A DNA stretch of 63,472 nucleotides, filler included, from Stramenopiles sp. TOSAG23-2 (GCA_900128395.1; 18 parts of 18 records of this genome joined end to end with filler, not necessarily neighbours in it), one strand, 5' to 3'; shown: positions 33,172-45,025, counted from the first letter of the whole stretch. The notes: generated by a model from the letters alone, not told the origin. Made by a program: numbers and translations.

Positions 33172-35337
33172 GTATTTCCCGCACCTGATCCAAGTGATGT
33201 CCTATATGAAAATTTGGAAGTATCAGATTATTACGTATGGGAACGAAAGGTTTTGGCGTTTGCATTGACAATCGCTGTACTTGTAGTTAGTACCTTGTGT
33301 ATTATGATTTTAGTGATATACCAAGATGCTGCTATTGGTGACTATGAAGAAATGATTGATGGAACAAATGAATTTTGTAGATCTGGTATCGCCTCCTCAT
33401 ATTTTGCATCCGAAATCAGACGCAACACGAATTTGACTAGTTCCAATGGTGAAAACTATGGAAAGCCATTGCTCGCATCATATAACGTGGAGTGGATTGG
33501 AAGAAGTAAGCAGTCGGATGAAAGACGAGCCAGAGATGCTGCTTGTGGTGTTGGATATCGCTATTTGGAATTGAAATTAAATCCATTAGATTACAGTGAT
33601 TCGAGTGGTAAGCTATCATCAATAAGTATGAACATGTCTCATTGTCCTGCGCATTTACATGATGTACCGCCATTTCAGAATGGCAAGATCGAAAATTGTA
33701 TAAATTTAGAAACATCGAAACATTGTCCATGTATCCTTACAGATACTGATGAAATAAATAGGCTACCAGTCTGCAAAACAATACCATGCACTTTGGATCC
33801 AGATAATAATAAAACTATGAATCTTCCAGGATGTTCAAAATCATACAGAGCAACAGATATTATAAAGTGCTATTGTATGAGCAGAATCGCGTTATATTTA
33901 GAAAATAACCCGACCATGTCGCAAGTAAATATGTTTACAGCAGAATCACTAAACGACCCGTTATGTAACGAAGTTAAGGATGAATATTTAGTTGCCTCTT
34001 TAAATTCTAATTTTATTGGATTAATTATAACCACATTCAACGAAGTTTTGGTTAGTGTGATATCTATTTTGATTGAGTGGGAGCATACGCATACAATATC
34101 CGAAGTTGCATCCTCCATATGCGAAAGAATTGCACTTTTCAATGTCATAAATATAGGCTTTCTACCTATTTTGTTAACATGGGATACTTTTTCGATCATT
34201 GGAAACAACAGCATACTTTCCACTATTGTAGGTATAAGTACACAAGATCAATATATTGGATTTATTCCACGATGGTACAGCAATATAGGTTTTAGCATTT
34301 TACATACAATGCTTATAGATTCTATTTTCAGTTACATTCTTCTTGGATTAAATATTTCTTATAAGTTTCTGAAATCATACATGCGACTTACTTGTAGAAA
34401 AAATGCTTATACACAAAAAGAGCTGAATACGTTATTAGATACAGAAGAATTTGATGTAGGTTCAAATCTGGGATATGTCAAAACAACTATAGCAATGACC
34501 TTATTATATAGCAGCACAATGCCAATACTGATACCTGTGTGTGCATTTAATCTTACAGTTTACTATGCAATTGAAAAGTCTTTGCTGTTGTATTATAATA
34601 AGAAAGGTCCAAAGATCAAAGTAGCCGTTGTAACAGATTCTATGAAATCGTTTTCTTTCGTAATGATTGCACGTTTGGTTATGACAATTTTTTTACTCGG
34701 GGAGTCTACTGTTTTCCATTCAACTACAACAAATGTGGAATCCCAAGAGAATTTTTACTATGATAACGGTATTTTTAATTTGTTTGTTGGTTGTTGTTTA
34801 CAAGAACACTTATCGTATCATGTTATTGCGTTGATCTTGTTGATTGTAGTAACCTTTATCATGTACACACCAGATCAATATTTACCGATTTGCTGTAGAA
34901 ACAGATGTCATCACAGACATAATCGATACTGGCAACGTCTTCCATCGTATTCATACATATACGAACATGTTGATTTTATAGATAAACGAAATATTGCCGC
35001 AATATGTTGTTGTTGTTATTGTGAGAAAAGAAAGCCTATTCCAGATAATGGAAGCAAATTTGATGAAGAAACGTTGTTAAGCGAAGATGAACGTAAAAAT
35101 GGTTGGTACGTCGAATCAATCGATCAGCATAAAATTTCATATGTTAAAAGAAAACGCTATATGCGCGATAAAATGGATGAAAGTGATGGTATGAAACATA
35201 AGAAAGGTGAAATTTTTAGAACATGGGAAATATTGAGAGAAACTGGTTTACATTCTTATCAATTAGCTCAAAATCCAAAATACAAAGGCATGATACAAGG
35301 TAAAATGATACAAAAAACATTATCAAGAAAGCGATAA
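33172..35337 (+). CDS. CSC1/OSCA/TMEM63-like membrane channel, 5'-partial
   Basis: Frame is open from the contig start with PAPDPSDVLYENL (APEPxDxxWENL-like). Several TM helices, E.HT.S.....I, WYSNIG, TQKELN and YSSTMPIL. Confidence 0.8.
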   Translation, partial: VFPAPDPSDVLYENLEVSDYYVWERKVLAFALTIAVLVVSTLCIMILVIYQDAAIGDYEEMIDGTNEFCRSGIASSYFASEIRRNTNLTSSNGENYGKPLLASYNVEWIGRSKQSDERRARDAACGVGYRYLELKLNPLDYSDSSGKLSSISMNMSHCPAHLHDVPPFQNGKIENCINLETSKHCPCILTDTDEINRLPVCKTIPCTLDPDNNKTMNLPGCSKSYRATDIIKCYCMSRIALYLENNPTMSQVNMFTAESLNDPLCNEVKDEYLVASLNSNFIGLIITTFNEVLVSVISILIEWEHTHTISEVASSICERIALFNVINIGFLPILLTWDTFSIIGNNSILSTIVGISTQDQYIGFIPRWYSNIGFSILHTMLIDSIFSYILLGLNISYKFLKSYMRLTCRKNAYTQKELNTLLDTEEFDVGSNLGYVKTTIAMTLLYSSTMPILIPVCAFNLTVYYAIEKSLLLYYNKKGPKIKVAVVTDSMKSFSFVMIARLVMTIFLLGESTVFHSTTTNVESQENFYYDNGIFNLFVGCCLQEHLSYHVIALILLIVVTFIMYTPDQYLPICCRNRCHHRHNRYWQRLPSYSYIYEHVDFIDKRNIAAICCCCYCEKRKPIPDNGSKFDEETLLSEDERKNGWYVESIDQHKISYVKRKRYMRDKMDESDGMKHKKGEIFRTWEILRETGLHSYQLAQNPKYKGMIQGKMIQKTLSRKR

Positions 35338-35544
35338 AGTAATGTTTAAAATATTCGTACGATATGAACAGAGAAAAAAATTTAAAAGAATTTGTTCATA
35401 TATATATATATATATATATGCGTGTGTGTATGTAATTTATTTACTTCCTGCTGCTGTTTTTACTCCCTCTTTTTCCTTTCTCTCTGCCCCCTTTTCTTTC
35501 TACTTTCTACGTACTAAATTTGCTAACGCCTTTTTTTCTTCTCA

Positions 35545-36318
35545 TCATGGACTTGGAGATGGTGCAACTAATACATTATCATTGCCACTACCACTATTAT
35601 CAGACGCACATGCACCGCCACTACATGCATATATAACTATAAAAGTAATAATAATCGCAACAACAAAGAACAGCATCAACCACATCTTTACATTTTGACA
35701 CCACATATTCCATTTCACTTTTTTTGCACGTTTATGAAATTGTTCAGCACTTTGTGCCAATACTTGTGTTCTATCTACTAAAACTTCTAAATTTTCACCA
35801 CGTTCAAGAACTTTAGAAATATTATTTTGCATAACACCTTTCACATCTTCAACTTGGTTTTGCAACCTTGTCATCTTGTCCAAGTTTGGATCGTTCCATT
35901 TTGTCATCAACCTTTGCAATGGCTTCCTGAAAGATGTCAAAGAATATGCATTTGCCTTACGCCATTGATCTCCATGATTATTTAAGAATTCTTTCTCAAC
36001 TTCACCTAAAAAGGAATATGCTATGCGCAATTTCACAGACTTATCGGCAAGACATAGATAAAAAACACCTTTTGAACATAACAAGTGGAAATTCAAGTTA
36101 TCATTACAGTTGTATGTGTTTTTAGCATCAATAGTTGGAAATTTTTGAAGTAATTTTGCAGCAACTGTTGCATAGTTTCCAGCAGCAGCTTGTTTATCAT
36201 TTTGCCTCGCCTCAATTAAGACAATATTACCTCTAGCTATGACTGTGTATATAATTTTATTATTTGCACTGCCATCACCACTTCCACTTAATAACGGAAC
36301 ATCGTCTCTGGAACGCAT
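35545..36318 (-). CDS. VAMP7: Longin R-SNARE (VAMP7/VAMP71-like)
   Basis: Longin domain (IIYTVIARG, RIAYSFL), synaptobrevin coil (QVEDVKGVMQNNISKVLERGENLE) and a C-terminal TM helix. Confidence 0.9.
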   Translation of the reverse strand: MRSRDDVPLLSGSGDGSANNKIIYTVIARGNIVLIEARQNDKQAAAGNYATVAAKLLQKFPTIDAKNTYNCNDNLNFHLLCSKGVFYLCLADKSVKLRIAYSFLGEVEKEFLNNHGDQWRKANAYSLTSFRKPLQRLMTKWNDPNLDKMTRLQNQVEDVKGVMQNNISKVLERGENLEVLVDRTQVLAQSAEQFHKRAKKVKWNMWCQNVKMWLMLFFVVAIIITFIVIYACSGGACASDNSGSGNDNVLVAPSPSP

Positions 36319-37323
36319 TTTATTTTTCTACGTACGTATGTAGCTATATATGTACGTGTATGAATGCCGCAATCAATCCAATAAAAAAAAATATATAATA
36401 TAATAGTAATACAAGTTAATATATCTATATATTGTATATACATATATTATTATATACAAAATATATATACATACAATATAATAAATTAAAATATCTTATA
36501 TCCTGCATCATGTGCCGGAGTGCCTCGCCACAGCACAGCCAGACAGCCTGGACAGCTCGCCGCTTTGCGTAGATTATAACGATACAGTATTGCTTTTTTT
36601 TCAAATAATGTTAGTCAAAAAAAGTCTATTTAATTTTTCAATAGTAAATAGTTTTATTTTCAAAAATTTTATAAAATACAGACAGTCTTCAGGGAAATTT
36701 TTAATCAAATTTCACTAAAATCATCATTTTCAACCTAAATTNNNNNNNNNNNNNNNNNNNNNNNNNNNNNNNNNNNNNNNNNNNNTTAATTAATTAANNN
36801 NNNNNNNNNNNNNNNNNNNNNNNNNNNNNNNNNNNNNNNNNAAGCTGGACATAGTAAGAGATATTTCCTGGACATAATAAGGAGTGAAAGATGAATTATA
36901 ATGCACGAGGTTTGATCGTAAAATATGTACTTATTAGTATACTAAATGTTTATTTGACAACTAAAGCCCAGAAAACCGGGTCTATGATATGATATATACA
37001 GAATACCAGATATAATTTTATATAAAATGAAGAAAAAATAAAAAAAGTATACATAGAAATGAAAATATTTATTAAATTTAAAGTTACCAATCTAGTGCAT
37101 ATGATTAGATAAACCTACACCTGCCAAATTTTATAAAATGAGACATATTTCAAAATATTTAGGAAGCGAGTTATGGCGATTTACCTGAAAATTTTCTCGC
37201 TGGCGCGCACCACATATCATATTATAATATCATATTTTACATACATTAGCTGCGTTTTCAGCAAGAGGAAAGTCCAGCAATGAATATCTCCATCAAAATC
37301 TACACATAATTCTAAAAGCATAT

Positions 37324-37776
37324 CTAATGCATACCAACAGCTTTGGAATTTCTTCCAGTGGTCTTTGTGTGTTGGCCACGTACGCGTATTCCCCAATAAT
37401 GCCGTAAGCCACGGTGTAGTCTCATCTTCTTCATTCTCTCCAAATCTTCTCGTAGTTTCGCTTGTAGACCATTTGACACAATTTGTTCATCCTTCCCAGT
37501 CTTTATGTCTTTTCTTCTATTTAAATACCAAACAGGAATTTTAAATTGCAGTGGATTAGAAATTATGGCAATTAGTTTCTCTACCTCCTCCGGTGTAAGT
37601 TCACCTGCACGCTTTCGTAAATCAATGTCCGCCTTTTTACAAATAAGATTTGAGAAGCGTCTACCTATACCAGGTATTGCCGTAAGTGCATACTGCACAG
37701 AGGTACGCCCATCGATGTTTGTATTGAGCATACGCAAAATATGTTGGAATTCTGGTTGAATTACTAAGTCTCCCAT
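37324..37776 (-). CDS. RPS18: 40S ribosomal protein S18 (uS13). True start is probably the ATG at 37776
   Basis: [20 protein letters not shown] and [22 protein letters not shown]. Confidence 0.97.
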   Translation of the reverse strand: MGDLVIQPEFQHILRMLNTNIDGRTSVQYALTAIPGIGRRFSNLICKKADIDLRKRAGELTPEEVEKLIAIISNPLQFKIPVWYLNRRKDIKTGKDEQIVSNGLQAKLREDLERMKKMRLHRGLRHYWGIRVRGQHTKTTGRNSKAVGMH

Positions 37777-39059
37777 GTTTATGTATTCGGATACTTTCAG
37801 CTTTATTTGTATGTGAATTGGACGCAATAATTTACAGATATATATGAGTTTGAGTAAAACTAGAATATGTATGCTATAAAATTCTCAACAATCTTCTGAT
37901 GTATTTTATTATTCTGTGGCTATGCCCTATTTTTTGCTATTATTTTGATAATAATATTACAATTAGAGTCAAGTGCCCAAATAAAAATTTATTTTCGGCA
38001 CTCTTTTTCGTTCAAAATAATATAAAACAATCAAAAACAAAAACATTTTACCTGGTATTAGGCGTTAATAATTATTTTTTGGTCCGATTCGACTTTTTAA
38101 GGTCGAAGAACTAGTTTATAACACTACCAAAGGGTATCGTTAGTTTTGACATTTTTATTTCCAGTATTATTTTTTTCAGTTATTGCCAACTTTCTATATA
38201 TTTTGGATCTCTGTTCTTTTTTGTATATTATGTATATTTCAATTATGACTATTAAATAATAACCCTGTGCAATCTAGCATGATTAATACATGTAAAAGAT
38301 ACATAGGTATCACTATTCTATTCCAATATAAATCTAACATTGTCCACGAAGAATCAATGGTGAAAATCGTCCTGATTGCGGCGGTCTAATATCTAGTCTC
38401 TAGCTGGCTGGGCTGTATCTACCTATCAAAAATCGAAATTCCATTTTCTATAATCACTGAATGGAGGAGAGGGCAGTTGCGGGAAGCCTGGAGTTTACTA
38501 GTTAGGTTTTGTATTTGGGATAACTTAACACTTTGTTAGACCTGTATATATAAAACAAACTATAAATATAGATTTTTGGAAAATCCTGCCGCAGATAAAC
38601 TTTGACCAAATATATCAAATTACAATAGGAACTTATAGTTATATATTGGAAAACATTTACACAAACTTCATTTCTGGGATTCAAGTGCTTTATACATTGT
38701 GTTCCTTAAATAGATATGTTGAATATCCATACCCTTATGATTCCAATATATATTTAAGGTAAACACACTGGAAACTTAGTGATATAAAATCCAACATTTT
38801 TTTATTGTTGTCATATGTAAAACAGCAGGACTGTCTTGTGGCCACTGGACTGCCCGGCTAGCTAGAGCTAGCTGGCTAGCTCCTACATTACAGTAGCACT
38901 ATCAGGCGCCATTCACTGTAACACAAAAACACAAACACACTCACTCATATACATACACGCAGACAAACTAGATTAGTATCCAACTCTATATATTTACGCT
39001 ATAAGAAGAGATTTAAATAATTAGTTTCAGACTTTCCTGTAAGAACGAAAAGACATCAA

Positions 39060-39280
39060 ATGGTAAGTAATCATCAATGAAATTGTTCTTGCAACTTTAC
39101 TAACACGTTTCACACACAATGTTTCAGCCTTCCCAAAAAAGATTTCGAGTAAAACAAATTCTTGCGAAAAAAGCGAGACAAAACCGTCCTATTCCACAGT
39201 GGATACGACTTCGCACTGATAATAAGATTCGTTACAACGCGAAACGAAGGCATTGGAGAAGAACGAAGTTAGGACTTTAA
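39060..39280 (+). CDS. RPL39: 60S ribosomal protein L39 (eL39), missed by the ORF track. Exon 1 is the ATG only, intron 39063-39127
   Basis: ATG|GTAAGT...TACTAAC(39098-39104)...TTTCAG|, giving [51 protein letters not shown] (51 aa). Confidence 0.97.
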
Positions 39281-39599
39281 TAACCGTATTCTGTGAGTGG
39301 TGGTGTACTCCAGTTTAATAGAACGATGTGAGTTCAAATATTATGATAATGTCTGTGAATATTATTGCTATAAAAACACTCACTTAGGTATACGTTAAGA
39401 AATGGCGAAGTTAGTTCCTATGCTATCAAAGAAAGATTTTATTACAATAGTTAGGCATCATCATTTTAAATGGATATCATAACTTAATAATGTTTTTCCA
39501 TTTTATGTATGAAAGCATACTTTTGCGGGATACATGTGAAGTCAAGATAAATGATATGTCAATGTAATATCTTAAGATATGCGGAAATGAAAACGATGT

Positions 39600-39855
39600 G
39601 TAAAATCTTAAGTTTTATAAAAAAATAAATAATTTTTACATTACCGTGTGGTTAAATTACTTTACATACGTAAAAATGCTTTCAATAGTCTGATATTTCA
39701 GACATGTGTACAGCAGTAAATCCTAATAGTAAAGCTCTAATGCATGTCTGCACTCTAATACGAATCGTAGTCTACAAGCATTGAGTAGATTTCTATCCTT
39801 CCATATGCGGTCATTGAACGGGACGGGTTGGACGTCGGGGTTCATTCGAAAACGG
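39600..39855 (+). repeat. Dispersed repeat family A, near full-length copy with a degenerate left half
   Basis: gtaaaatcttaagt...tagtaaagctctaatgca...tctacaagca...gatttctatccttcc...ttgaacg...ggacgtcggggttcattcgaaaacgg. Confidence 0.75.
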
Positions 39856-40505
39856 AAAGATCCTGATGTATGCATAAACTGTATGCATAAACAAACATGA
39901 TATGACCAACACGTGCGATAAGATCGCAGGACATCAGGTTCGTGAATTCTATCCATGATCTGTTAGTTAGTAGTTAGCATTTATAGTTTAATGACATTAT
40001 GACATTATTACCTATCATACTATAAAATAGCAATATCGCAAAGAGTAAAAGAGGCCGGAATTTATATCGGGTAGATTGAATTCTGGGAACAAGACGGTAC
40101 ATGAGTTTTACCGTCATTTGAAGGAACATTATGCTGGTACAGGACTAACTATCTTTATGGGAATGATTAATCGCCAACGTAATTGGCAATGTGAAGGACA
40201 TCCAAGTGATGATTAGCATTAATTAGAAATGTGGATTCTTTGAAAAGATACATTAACCGATATTAAGATATCTGTGTCATATTATGAAAATATACTGCTG
40301 TTATACAACAACTCATACAACTGAAAGAACCGTAATGGTGTGTGCCCATTGCGTGTATCGGTATGTGTATTTGTTGTTTATTGAACCGATGTGTGACGAA
40401 GAGGANNNNNNNNNNNNNNNNNNNNNNNNNNNNNNNNNNNNNNNNNNNNTTAATTAATTAANNNNNNNNNNNNNNNNNNNNNNNNNNNNNNNNNNNNNNN
40501 NNNNN

Positions 40506-40734
40506 TAGTATTTGTAAAACCTAAATTTCCAGTTTTTTTATTGACTGTACCTACTACTTTCTGATATTCACAATCTTGATATAATATTGCATCACTTTGA
40601 CATATTTCTTTCTCTAAGTCACCTACTTTAAGTAGCGCATCGCCACCACTAGTACTAACAATTGGACTAAAATTTCTTGATGTTGCTTTGCATATTGTTA
40701 TCAAAAAAATTAAAATTGCAAGTTTTGCGCTCAT
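40506..40734 (-). CDS. 5' end of a predicted secreted protein (truncated by the contig end)
   Basis: Signal-like start MSAKLAILIFLITICKA. The frame is open to the spacer. Confidence 0.5.
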
Positions 40735-41513
40735 CTTTTTCTTGATTTGGCGAATAATATCCTGCAGTATCTTTGATCTATAATCTATCTATCTATATAT
40801 ATATGTATGCATTACAATATTTAGATTTATACAATGGCGTATACTGGTATATATGGAGGTTTTGATACTACTATTATTAATATAATACTAATACTATCTA
40901 TATTAAATATACTACAGTATATAATAGTAACTAGTAATACTGTTAAATTACAGTATAACTCGTATATAATAACTGGAATAAATTCCTCCAAATTCCAAAT
41001 TCCCCTCTTCTTCATTCAAGCGCGAGAATCTATCTATAAAAGTCACCTCGTATTTCGGATGTGATGCCGTGATGCCCATTACTTATTATTATTATACTTG
41101 TTAGTATACTGACCTAATTTATACTTGAAAGGGAAATTAGAATATCAGAAAAATCATAGTTTTACCTATCAAATTAGATTGTTGAATTTTTTTCAGATTT
41201 TTCTCTCGTTGATATGCACATACTGGCATATTCAGTCCTACGAGCCTCGTATGTTAATGTTGCTCTGTATTATACTCTGATGGACACCAGAGATTTTCCT
41301 GACAAAAGGAAAACTAGTATATCCTCTCTGGTAATACTCTGTAATAATAATAATAATAACGTAATAACAAGGTATAACAAGACATATATATATTATATAC
41401 ACAAGTAGTTACAAATATTAATACTTGCATGAAGTACTCTATATTTTTTTTAAATATCATCCTTTTCAATTGTTTGCTAAGTACAAAATTTAAAAATTAC
41501 GAGAAGAAACAAA

Positions 41514-43478
41514 ATGAACGATGATAATATAACCGATGATGATTTAAAAGAAGTTCAATTAACTGAAAAACAAGATATTCAAAAAAATGCTGATGTAATA
41601 AAAGAAGATGCAAACATACAGGCTAAAGAAGAAACAACGACTACAAAGTCTCCACACATTAACGTGAAAGTATCTTTTCGATCAAATGTCGGTTGGGATG
41701 GAATTTTGATTTTGCTGTTTTGCGCAAGCTTGTCAGGTGTATTTATTTTGATCACAGCGATAGTTACAAGAAGGTTTACATATATGGATCGTGCTTGGGC
41801 GTGGATATTTATTCTTTTAGCAATATTTTGTTTATTGATAATCATCAAATTTTTGTATTTATGGAGAAATTTGGCAATCAGATTTACAAATGAACAGCAA
41901 AAAGAGAGAAACCGTAGGGTTCAACGGTCGCATTCTGCCGCTGTACGAGCCGCCAATAATGCTAAAAATATATATTCAAACCTTCAGGTAAATGGATCAT
42001 GGTTTTTATGGAAACTATATTTTTCCGAATTGATTGAATCTGCTCAACAATGCAATAATCTTGCCAACATTTACTTATGCTTGCTTCCAGTTGAGTTCAC
42101 TTCGCCGCTTTGTTTTATACTTGCAATTGATTGTGCGTGTGCAGCTTGGGATATGAAAGAGCATAATACTCCATCACGCCGTAATAAACGGTTAGTTTTG
42201 GATACTATAGTTGATTTTTTATGTGCTTTTCTTCCTCTTGCGATATTGTACTTTAGATATGATCTCGGCTTTTCAGTCACTGAAATAATTGCAATAACGT
42301 TTGTACCAACATTATTTATATTGGCAAAATTGGATGACATTTTAGAACAGACGGTTCATCGTCGTTCTGCTAATTGTGTGTTAAAAGAGCAAACAAGAAT
42401 GTCCTTTAACGAAAAAAGACGTCGAGAAAGTTTGTTCCAACAAATTGCATATCTTCAAATGGCCAAATTACAAGAAGATAATGTCCCTCGACCTGTTAGA
42501 GTAATAGCTAGTATTTGTAAAGGCTTATTTGCATTGTTCTTTTTTATTGTGGCTATTGTACATCTGGTAGCACAGCCTAGTGGATGCAATGAAATTACGT
42601 GGAATAAAGGATGCATTAATAAAATACCATTTTGTCAAAGTTTGTTTACTCCAACTTGTAATTGTGCTTCGTTGCGGATTGAAAATGATTATAATTTGAC
42701 AACTTTACCAAATACGTTGCCAGATGAAATGACAGGATTAAGAAACATTTTTATACGTAAATGTAATTTAACGAAGTTGCCGCCACATATGGAAAAACTG
42801 AAATATCTTAATCGATTTGAAGTTTCTTTCAATCAGTTGAAAGAATTTGATGTCGATATTTTGGAATGGAAATATTTGAATGCGCTGGTTATAATGTACA
42901 ACAATATATCGACGCATGATGAACATTTATGGTTACATCCAGAGTTAGTAAATTTATTTATAAATAACAACAATAAATTTACGATACCACACACGGTAGA
43001 ACTACCCCGTTTGGTACTTTTAGATGCAACAGATACCAATTTGTTACTGAATTTAAAAGTTTTAGGCTTTGAAAATATTCCTTCTATACGGTATTTGTAT
43101 TTAAATGGCAATATAATAAAGCACATACCAGTAGATATTCTATCCCTTAAAGATACGTTATTAGACCTCGGCGTTTCAAGATGCCAGTTAAAAGATCTCG
43201 GTAATTTAGAATCATTGACAAAATTGATTTATCTAGATGCTCGCAATAATAGCATCACATCAGTGTCAGATGAGATTAAGGCTATGATAGAAGGTCAACC
43301 TGGTTTTGAATCACACTTTGCTGGTAATCCTGTTTGCAAAATAGATACTGAATTAAATTGCAAGCCACTATGTACAGACTACTGCTGGTCGCACAGTGCT
43401 TTTTCGAATGGCCATTGTGATGAATCTTGCGATTCACCACAATGTAATTTTGATGGCGGGGATTGCAAGGTGTCATAG
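41514..43478 (+). CDS. Multi-pass membrane protein with leucine-rich repeats and a C-terminal LNR (Notch-like) module
   Basis: Several N-terminal TM helices. LRRs (LNRFEVSFNQLKEF, IRYLYLNGNII, LIYLDARNNSI), the cap FAGNPVC, and LNR-like NGHCDESCDSPQCNFDGGDC. Confidence 0.82.
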   Translation: MNDDNITDDDLKEVQLTEKQDIQKNADVIKEDANIQAKEETTTTKSPHINVKVSFRSNVGWDGILILLFCASLSGVFILITAIVTRRFTYMDRAWAWIFILLAIFCLLIIIKFLYLWRNLAIRFTNEQQKERNRRVQRSHSAAVRAANNAKNIYSNLQVNGSWFLWKLYFSELIESAQQCNNLANIYLCLLPVEFTSPLCFILAIDCACAAWDMKEHNTPSRRNKRLVLDTIVDFLCAFLPLAILYFRYDLGFSVTEIIAITFVPTLFILAKLDDILEQTVHRRSANCVLKEQTRMSFNEKRRRESLFQQIAYLQMAKLQEDNVPRPVRVIASICKGLFALFFFIVAIVHLVAQPSGCNEITWNKGCINKIPFCQSLFTPTCNCASLRIENDYNLTTLPNTLPDEMTGLRNIFIRKCNLTKLPPHMEKLKYLNRFEVSFNQLKEFDVDILEWKYLNALVIMYNNISTHDEHLWLHPELVNLFINNNNKFTIPHTVELPRLVLLDATDTNLLLNLKVLGFENIPSIRYLYLNGNIIKHIPVDILSLKDTLLDLGVSRCQLKDLGNLESLTKLIYLDARNNSITSVSDEIKAMIEGQPGFESHFAGNPVCKIDTELNCKPLCTDYCWSHSAFSNGHCDESCDSPQCNFDGGDCKVS

Positions 43479-43498
43479 GATTCGTACCGATAACATCC

Positions 43499-44010
43499 CC
43501 GTTTTCGAGCGAACCCGACGTCCGACTCGTTCAACGAGCGAGAGTGAGAGACCGGATAGAAATCTAACTTGTGCTTGTAGAGTGTTAGAGTGCAGGACGT
43601 AAATTAGAGAGCTTTATTATATTAAAATGATACGAATTCGTATATATACTTCGTACTACCAGTACATATGTTTTCGTATCAATGTTCGTATGATATACGT
43701 TCGTATGCATATAATTCGTATTAATATTATATATATATAATATATATATATATGCATTATAATGATAGTTAAAATCTAAGTTATAATAATTTTACTTCTC
43801 GTGTTAAATAATATGCTCAATACTCAATATCTCGAGAAATAAATATATTTCTATATATTATCATACGAAAGGATCAGTATTTATATAAATATATATTAAT
43901 TTTAAAATATATTCGTATAAAATATAATATCATACGAATATAAATAAAGAGAATTTTTTATAAAAAAATATAAATAATGATTGGTTAAAATCTAAATAAG
44001 TTATATATAA
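43499..44010. repeat. Rearranged family A segments: 43499-43620 (minus), 43768-43850 (plus) and 43983-44010 (plus)
   Basis: ccgttttcgagcgaacccgacgtcc...ggatagaaatct...tgcttgtagag...gagctttattat, then gttaaaatctaagttataataattttacttctcgtgttaa...tgctcaatactcaat. Confidence 0.8.
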
Positions 44011-44161
44011 TGACCTCAAAACCGCGGCTTTTTGCCACAACCGTGCACTTCAAGATACCTANNNNNNNNNNNNNNNNNNNNNNNNNNNNNNNNNNNNNNN
44101 NNNNNTTAATTAATTAANNNNNNNNNNNNNNNNNNNNNNNNNNNNNNNNNNNNNNNNNNNN

Positions 44162-44276
44162 GTAAATCTTCAAAATGTGTTCCTTCAGATGCTTCGGTTG
44201 TTGTTGTTCTTCTTCTAGTCGTCGTCGTCGTCGTTGTTGTTGTTGTATGATTATCATCAGTAACTAACGTTGCCAT
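44162..44276 (-). CDS. Possible 5' end of a gene (MATLVTDDNHTTTT...), truncated
   Basis: ATG in an aca-ATG context with a poly-Thr tract like other host genes. Open to the contig end. Confidence 0.4.
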
Positions 44277-45025
44277 TGTATTTATACTGATATTAATATG
44301 TATATATATATCGATATATATGACTATCTCTTTTCTCTTATCTTTTTATATATTTTTTTCGGTGTTTGTGTATCTCTTCCGCTTTACAGTATCTTTCTGT
44401 TTCTTAGATATTATATAACTATGTATGTGGTGCTATGTATCTTTTATTATATATTATCTTTTACATGAATATGAATGAATTGCACTTTGCAATTCTATGT
44501 TTTAGTATTTTAGTAGAATTTTCCTCCCCTTCAGTTCTCCAGTTGTTCTATTCAAAAAACACCAACACCACCAAAAAAAAACAAATTACCAGGTACCTAG
44601 TATTGTTGCTTGTTGCCAGAGAAGAAGTTTTACCTTAATATCCGACGATTAGGATGCCGGAGAGAGACGGGAAAAGAAGGGACCTCCATAATCGATTTCC
44701 CGCCCCATTAAATTATTAATAGATAGCATGGAAATACGCCTAATAAATAAAAACTACCTCCTCTAAAAGTGCACACATATAATGTATGATCATGTACACA
44801 TTATAAAACTACATTTACATCTATATGTGTATACCAGAAAGAGATAGATATACAAGAAACATATATAGATATCGAAATACATAACAACGAAAACAACGAA
44901 AGAATAATAACAACAACGAAATTATATAAAAATTGAATATAACAGATTTATATTATCATAAGAAATTATAATCGATTGATATTGTCCAAGAACAGAACAT
45001 CTACAATTTAACAACATCGTTCATC

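Noticed and set aside
39836-39850. GGTTCATTCG as a Pol III B box (SINE origin for family A)
   Set aside because: It does not fit GTTCRANNC, no A box was found, and there is no tRNA-like fold.
40030-40280. Coding-like stretch with several stops (similar stretch at about 38500-38810)
   Set aside because: No family recognised and no sustained frame, so it cannot be called a pseudogene.
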